This document shows positions 56,740 through 64,000 of a DNA stretch of 64,000 bases, in pieces. The notes under the pieces were generated by a model, which was not told where the DNA came from, searched no databases, and saw only the letters and a program-made list of their open reading frames with translations. Location: contig NW_015174860.1 in NCBI RefSeq assembly GCF_001447785.1, forward strand, positions 810,081 to 874,080, read 5' to 3'. A program made the translations under genes and the position numbers. How positions within the stretch are numbered: the stretch's first letter is position 1; each line of letters opens with the position of its first letter. The stretch is from Gekko japonicus. Taxonomy: Eukaryota.

Positions 56740-57870
56740 TTACTTATTTAAAATATTTATACACCCACCATTCTTCTGAGCATCTTAACACCCAAGGTGA
56801 GTAACAGCAATACAAAAACAATTTGATTAAACAACCATTAAAATAACAGATATAATATCATTAAAAACCATTCTGAAAACACCAGCAAGGCTCTCTGGTA
56901 TAGATTTATTTAGCTGCCTCACCAGAAGGCGATGAGGGTGGGCGTCCCCCATGACTGCTTCCAGAAGGCTGTTCCAGAGGCATGGGACAGCCACTGAGAA
57001 GCCTGGAGCTTGGACTGGTGCCCAACATACCTTGGACAAAAGGGGGTGCTGACAGTAGACCTTGATGGGGACAGTGAAGCTGCGCTACAGAAACATGCAA
57101 AGAGAGGCAGTCCCGTGGGCCCCAGGTCATGGAGAGCTTTAGAGGTGAGTACCAACTCCTTGAACTGGACCCAGAAACTAATTAGCAGGCAGTGAAGGGG
57201 CCTCAGAATATGACTGACATGGTCCAACCAACTAGCCCCAGGTAACAAACATGCTTTTGTGTTCTGCATGAGTTGCAGTTTCTGGATCACCATGGCCAGT
57301 TCCAGCATCTGCAAATAGGGAGCCAGCTTTCTAACTAGATGTAGCTGGGGAAAGGGTATTTTTCACTGTCATGAACACCTGTTTGTCCAGCTGGAGACCA
57401 GTAATAGTTACACACCATTAATGGCAGAAAGAATACCACCATTTAAAGCAGTGGCTCTTCCAGCCAGCATTGCCTCCACCTTATCTGGATTCAGCTTTGA
57501 TTCGTTCTCTCTCAGCCACTTGACCACTGTGTTCAGACCCTGGGCACAGACAAAGACAACAACAACTGTCTTATTCAACCTGATGTATAACTGGGTGACA
57601 TCTACACAGTTACTTCAAAACTGCAGTCAATCTAATTAAGGGTCCTTACATAGCTATTAAACAACAAGGGGAATAACATAGAGCCTTGTGGCATCCCACC
57701 CAAGGCAATGATTTAGCACCCCCCATTGAAAACTTTTATAACCAGTCTGATTTTTAAAGAGACCAGAACCACCTCAGTACTGATCCACCTGGACCCACCT
57801 CACATTCCAGGCACCTCAGCAGTATCACATGGTCCACCACATCAAAGGCGGCCAACAAATCTGACAGCAA
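56740..57870 (-). mobile_element. Degenerate L2 LINE
   Basis: KLQLMQNTKACLL...DHVSHILRPLHCLLISFWVQFKELVLTSKAL and FSVAVPCLWNSL peptides typical of L2 ORF2. Confidence 0.8.
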
Positions 57871-58559
57871 CTGTAGAGATGCATTCCTTTTATGAACATA
57901 AGAACGTAAGAAGTGATCTGCTGGATCAGACCAATGGTCCGTCTAGTTTAGCATCCTGTCTCACACAGTGGCCAACAACAGATCATAGAGACCAAGGCCT
58001 TCCCCTGATGTTGCCTCCTGGCTCTGGGATTCAGAGGTTTATTGCCTCTGAATGTGGGAGTTCCTCTCAGTCACCACGGCTAGTAGCCATTGATAGACTT
58101 GTCCTCCTTTAATCTATCCAATCCCCCTTTTGAACTGTTTATTCCTGTGGCCATCATTACATCCTCTAGCAGCAAATTCCACATTTTAATCACTCTCTGT
58201 GTAAAGTAATATTTTCTTTTGTCCATCCTGAACCTACTGTCCATCAGTTTCATTGGATGCTCTTGAGTTCTAATATTTTGGGAGAGGGAGAAAAATGTCT
58301 CTGTCAACTCTCTCCATTCCATGCATAATTTTATCAACCCCTATCATGTCCCCCCCTTAGTCGTCACTTTTCTAAACTGAAAAGTCCCAGGCTCTTCAGC
58401 CTTTCTTCATAGAGAAGGTGCTCCAACCCCCTAATCATCTTGGTTGCCCTCCTCTGTACTTTTTCCAGCTCTGCAATGTCATTTTTGAGAGATGGTGACC
58501 AAAACTGTATTCAGTATTCCAAATGAGGTCACACCATAGATATATACAGGGGCATTAGA

Positions 58560-58649
58560 ATATCGGCCATTTTATTCTCAATCCCTTTCTTAATAATCCC
58601 TAATATATCGGCCATTTTATTCTCAATCCCTTTCTTAATAATCCCTAAT
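58560..58649. repeat. Perfect 45-bp tandem duplication inside CR1
   Basis: atatcggccattttattctcaatccctttcttaataatccctaat twice. Confidence 0.93.
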
Positions 58650-60005
58650 ATAGAGTTTGCCTTTTTCACTGCTGCAGCACACTGAGTTGACACTTTCATT
58701 GAGTTATCCACTATGACCCCAAGATCTTTTTCAGTCTCAGCAAGTTCAGACCCCATTAGCCTATACCTGAAGTTGGGATTTTTGTCCCAGTGTGCATCAC
58801 TTTACACTTACCAACACTGAACTTCATTTGCCACATTGTCGCCCACTCACCTAGTTTGTAGAGGTCCTTTTGGAGCTCTTCACAGTCAGCCTTGGTTTTC
58901 ACCATCCTGAATAGTTTGGGGTCATCTGCAACCTTGGCTACTACACCACTCACCCCCAGTTCCAGATCACTGATGAAGAAATTAAATAGTACTGGCCCCA
59001 ATAGTGATCCTTGTGGGACCCCACTGCTTACTTCCCTCCATTGTGAGAACTGCCGTTGATCCCTACTCTTTGCTTCTTGTCATTTAACCAGTTTTTAATC
59101 CATCAGAGAACCCGTCCTCTTATCCTATGACTGCTATTCAGAAGTCTTTGGGGAGCTACTTTGTCAAAAGCCTTTTGAAAGTCCAGGTATATAATATCTA
59201 CCAGCTCACCATTGTCTACATGCTTGTTCACTTTCTCAAAGAACTCCAAAAGGTCGATGAGGCAGAACCTCCCTTTGCAGATTTTCCCTCAGCAGGCTTT
59301 GTCCTGCTATGTGCCTAACAATTTCTACTAATTTGCCTTGGACAGATGTTAGGCTGACAGGCCTGTAATTTCCTGGTTCCCCCCCTTTTAAAAATTGGTG
59401 TCACATTTTCTAGTCTCCTGTCTTCCAGTACAGCAGCTGAATTTAGTGATGGATTACATATATGGGTTAGTAGATGAATGATCTCACATCTGAGTTCCTT
59501 AGAACTCTTGGGTGTATGCCATCAGGACCTGGAGAATTATCAGTTTTTAATTTCCCCAGTAGGTCTAGAATTTAATCTCTAGTGCCCCACACTTTCCACA
59601 GTCAACACAGAAGCAAAAAAGTAATTGAGCTTCTCTACCACCTCCTCATCTTCCTTTAACAATCCCTTTATTCCTTTGTCATCCAAAGGCCCCACTGCTT
59701 CTCTGGCTGGTTTCCTGCCTGTATTGCTTGTCTTGATACTTTTAGCAACCTGATCCTCAAAAACTCTTTTTGCATGCCTAACAATTGACTTTTGCCAGAA
59801 CCTGTGGTCCCTCCTCTTCAATTCATTGGGGCAGACCTTCCACTGTTTTAAAAAAACCTCTTTACTTTTTATAGTTTCCTTGACTTGCATTGTTAACCAT
59901 GCAGGCCTTCTTTTAGACTTGGCAGTGCCTTTCCTCATATGTGAAATGCATTCTATTTTGGCTTCAACTATTGTGGTTTAAATAGCTTCCAAGCATCCTC
60001 CAGGG

Positions 60006-60884
60006 CAGAGGTGTCAAACTCACTTGTTATGAGGGCCAGATCTGACATAAATGTCACTATGTCGGGCCAGGCCATGTGTGCCATAAAATGTAATGCCAGG
60101 TACTAGAGATATATTCTTCATAAAGAACACAGGCAAACCCAATTAATTATATTATTTTTTAACTCCAAATACAAACAAAAGCAATTGATTCCTAGCAGTG
60201 AAAGCAACTGATATACTGGGGAACACGCAACCCCCCCCCCCATAACTGTATTTAATCATATGTCGGATGAGTTTCCCCCCAAGGGATACTATAAAATGGG
60301 GGAGGTATCTTACACTTCCATACAAATTAGCTACTTTTTGTATATACAGCACTTTTAGGAGACAAGTCATCGTCTTTGCAAGTAAATAAGGTAGTTTTAA
60401 AGCGTCGTCCCCATAACCCCAGCCTCAGCAGCCATACATGGCTACAATCCATCTCTCACTCTTTGTTTCCTATTTTCCTCCATCCTACCTCTGAGGCTCT
60501 CAAGGAGGCACACCAAACTTCCTCCTCCACTGTCTCATCCTCAACAACAACACTGTGAGGTGGTCCAGTCTAAGCAACTGGCCCCAAGTGACCCAGACGA
60601 CAGGGGTCTGAACCTGGCTCCCTCAGATTCCACTCCCCTGCCAGTTCTCCACCTTTGCTGCCATTCCCCCACACGATTTTACCTCAGCTTCACAATCTTG
60701 GTCCCTAGCCATTTCTTTTCTGTTTTTCAACAGCTTCAACCACATACATCTCACCAGGTGCTCCCACTTGCCCCCCCCCCCAGCAGCCTCCTGCCTTCCC
60801 TCCCTCGCAACAGTTGCTTGTGGGCCAGCTAAGAACCCTGGACAGGCCAGTTCTGGCCCTCGGGCTGTATGTTTGACACCCTTG
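60006..60884. mobile_element. hAT (Charlie-like) non-autonomous element
   Basis: TIRs cagaggtgtcaaac / gtttgacacccttg; 8-bp flanks ctccaggg / ctctaagg (6/8); contains an old SINE fragment at ~60480-60640. Confidence 0.75.
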
Positions 60885-61544
60885 CTCTAAGGATTGACTC
60901 TCATGTGTTTCCCCTTCAGCTTCCTTTTTGTATGTATGTATGTACACACACACATACGCATACACCAGGGAATGGCCTGCAAACTGAAACAGTGTGTCCT
61001 CTAAGTGCCATATGGGGAATATAGCCCGTACAAGTGTGGGCCCAAGATACCTGCCCAGGTGGATCTGCCCCCACTTTCTTGCTGGGCCCAGTGCTACTCA
61101 GGGGCTGTGCTGCCACTGCTGGAGGGGCCCAGCACAACTCCCAGGTTATGCCTTGGCTGCCAGGCCCAGTGGGGCTCCTGGGCTGGGCTGCAGCCAACAC
61201 ACACCCCAGGCTGCTTCTTCGCCAATGCTGGACCCAGTGTGGCCCCCAAGGCTCTCCTCCAGCCACCTCTGGGCCCAGCACAGCCCTCAGGCTGCTCTGC
61301 TGCTGCCTCCTCTGGGCCTGCCATGGCACCAGGGATGCTTCGCCACGGAGAAGGTAAGCAGTAAAGAGTGTTCTTTGCACAGGCACAGAGAATGCCATTT
61401 TACATTGGGTGGGATTTAAAATCTCCCATGTATTTTTTTGTAGATTTCACCCAAGTTTGCAGAAAAATCTGTTATGTGCAAGTGTGGCACCAATCTGCAG
61501 ATTCAGATATCTGCAGTTAGGGGTACACTTGGGAAATAGATAGA

Positions 61545-61700
61545 TAGATGGTACAGTGGTTAGCATGTTGGACAAGAATGAGGGACACCCAGGTTTAAAC
61601 TGCAATGAAACTCACTGTGTGACCCTAGGCCAGTCTCTTTTCCAAAACCTTTTCAGAGGAGAGCTGTGAAGATAAAAGGGAGGAAGGGAAAACCACAGCT
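61545..61700 (+). mobile_element. Old tRNA-derived SINE fragment
   Basis: tggtacagtggttagcatgttggac...ccaggtttaaa...gtgaccctaggccagtc. Confidence 0.55.
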
Positions 61701-63104
61701 TGGATTCTAATGCTTTCTTTAGAGTTGTCAACTGGTCTGGAGGAAAATCTCCTTTCCCTTAAATAGAGGCTTAATGGGGTGTTCTCCACCTGGTGATGTG
61801 ATTTGGCTTGATGTCATGAAAAGCTTCACTTGCTCATTTCCACACAGTAAACTTCTTATAAAAGGGCAGGACATTTTTCTCCTGCCCTGTTGGCAATCCT
61901 GCCTTTCTTCCATTTCTACACCACTGTCCTCTGTTGTGGAAGTGATGCTCTGTTGGTGGGTGCATCTTTCTGGTGCTAAAGCTTGCAAGAAATGCACTGT
62001 GCATCGGAGTCCTGCCTCCACTATAGACGACAGTGCTGTGGAAATGGAACAAGGGCTAGGATCCCAGCCCAAGTCGATTGCCCTGAGTGCCTATGGAGTG
62101 GCAAGAATTGTGGATGAGTTGCATCTTTTCAGCCAGCAGATGGTACCATAGCTATGTGGAACTATCCCAGTTTTTGCCTCCTTTCCCAGATTACCTGTTT
62201 GCAACAAATCCTCTCTAACAACTGTATCTGGAAGGGGCACAGAACATTGTTCAAATTCAAGCATGACTTAACCTCGCAAATTCCTGGGCTGTCCTTCTCC
62301 CACAGCAGCCTGCCCTTGCCTCTTATCAGCTTTTGAATTCATTCTGGTCGCTTCTCTTCGGTGGCTTAGGAAACAACATACATTTGTTCACTTCTCTGGT
62401 CATGGAAAGGAAACTCCTGCAGTGAAATAGAGAATATGATGCTTATTAGAGCTCAGGGCCACCAAACTGGGCTGAATGTGGATTCAGACATGCCCCGGAA
62501 CCTGTCTTCACTGCTGGGGGGGTCATCTTTGCAGTATGCAGAGCAACAGTAGAAGAGAGAACACCATGGGCAGACTGAACGTCTCTCACTGCATAGCTTA
62601 CCCCTCCCAATTACAGCTGGGATTTATTTAGCATATTTGGGAATGAGAAGCAGAGCACTGTGGGAGTTAGCTTGGCAGGCAGTCTCGACTTCTGATGACT
62701 TGCCCTTTTGAGACCTAAATTGAGAGCAAGCACCTTTTCATTGGTCTTGCTGCCCCCTAAACACACACCCAGACACCAAGCAGGTGAAGCCTTTCCCCCC
62801 ACTTATCTCCATGCCAAAAAAGCTTCACCATCACCTATGGGTCAGGCTGCTGTCACCAGCACAGGAGCACAGCCAATGACCAGGTGCTAACTCTAAGGTC
62901 TGTTGAGCCATTATGGTTTTGGGAGACCTTTTCTACGTAAGAGGAAATTCGTCTCTATCTGTGCAGTCACTATTTTCTGTGAGTGTGAATTTTCCAGCGC
63001 TTGGTATGTGTAAATGTGTTACCCTTTTTTTAAAAAAATCTGTGTTTCTAATCACATGTACAGAAGTTGGAACATAAATGGGTTCAACAGCAACAGCCTG
63101 TACA

Positions 63105-63340
63105 TACAGTGTGGTGCAGAGCTTAGAGTGTTGGATTAGAACCTGAGAGACTCATGTTCAAATCTCCATTCTGCTGTGGAAGCTTGCTGGGTGACCTTGG
63201 GCCAGTCACTCCCATTCTACCCTTCCTTGCAGGGTTGTTGTTGTGAGGATGGAACAGAAGAGTGGGGAATAATGTAAGCCACTTCGGGTCCCCACTGGGG
63301 AGAAAATTGGAGTATATAAATCAGGTGAATAAAATAATCA
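63105..63340 (+). mobile_element. Old tRNA-derived SINE
   Basis: cagtgtggtgcagagcttagagtgttgga...gttcaaatctcc...gggtgaccttgggccagtca...tgtaagccactt; A-rich tail. Confidence 0.7.
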
Positions 63341-64000
63341 TAGCAATAACAATAAAAAATTGCATAGCCAAAATGGTAACAACTGATCAGGGATTCTAGC
63401 TATAGCTAATTCTAAAGATGAAGACAAGGGGTATACCCATGCCTTCCCACAAAGCTACACTACACCATCCAAAACTACATCCATCAACATTTCATGAGAT
63501 CTGAAGAGAAACCAGAGTATCCATCAACATTTCAGACACTCTTTGTAGTCTGCCTCCTTTTTTATGTTCCTTGGCAGATCACCAGGGCCTTTGACTATTG
63601 TGTGATGGACAGAAATTCAGCAGGTAAAGCTTTCCTTTGCATGAAAATACAGAAATCACAAAAGCTGGTTTTATAGCTGTTTAAGGCCAAAATCCCTGCC
63701 AGAAACAGCTGGCAACTCACTGATACTTCCTGTTATAAAATGGCACCTTCTTGGTGAATGAGGTGTCGTTTTCCCAGATTTTACTTCTTCTTATGAACTC
63801 ATGCGGGTAGCACTTCCTTCCTGACAAGGATCTTAAACATTGCTAAAGATGACTCTTGTGTCTTTGACACCACATGCTCTGGAGTGGACAGGCACATTAC
63901 AAAGCCATTTGTTGAAAACAGTGAGGCTCCATCTTAACCCGGTGGTGCAGGCAGTACAACGCCTGCTAGTAACATCTGTAGCGAACAGCCTCAATGGCTG

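Larger units (their letters stand above)
57893..60930 (-). mobile_element. Degenerate CR1 LINE, split by a hAT element at 60006-60884
   Basis: GPVLFNFFISDL...ADD, WQMKFSVGKCKVMH, EKDLGVIVD peptides; 3' tail at 57893. Confidence 0.92.

Noticed and set aside
53100-64000. Start of the next gene (IPO9 follows NAV1 in human, recalled)
   Set aside because: No CpG-island promoter or importin-like exon recognisable in the window.

Overview
Vertebrate genomic DNA, most likely a squamate and possibly a gecko (inferred only from the repeat content: CR1, L2, tRNA- and 5S-derived SINEs, Penelope-like pieces and hAT MITEs). The window holds the 3' ~78% of neuron navigator 1 (NAV1) on the + strand. I mapped 27 GT-AG coding exons between 9652 and the TAA at 42384-42386. 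Their phases chain without a break, giving 4384 nt or about 1460 aa. They encode a Ser/Pro-rich region, coiled-coil segments and the C-terminal AAA+ ATPase (Walker A GPSGTGKT). The N-terminal exons lie upstream of the window. A probable long 3' UTR runs to an AATAAA at 53033, and 53-64 kb is repeat-rich intergenic DNA. Most ORFs in the supplied track are spurious or TE-derived. I found no wholly new gene system. The best leads are: 9-nt and 24-nt microexons; a 42-nt exon whose otherwise conserved navigator motif has diverged; a CpG-rich intronic block at 21.8-22.6 kb that could be an internal promoter or a terminal/poison exon; six miR-29 seed sites in the 3' UTR; and several unusual retroposition or nesting events. 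All comparisons with human NAV proteins and all TE family names are from memory and were not searched.
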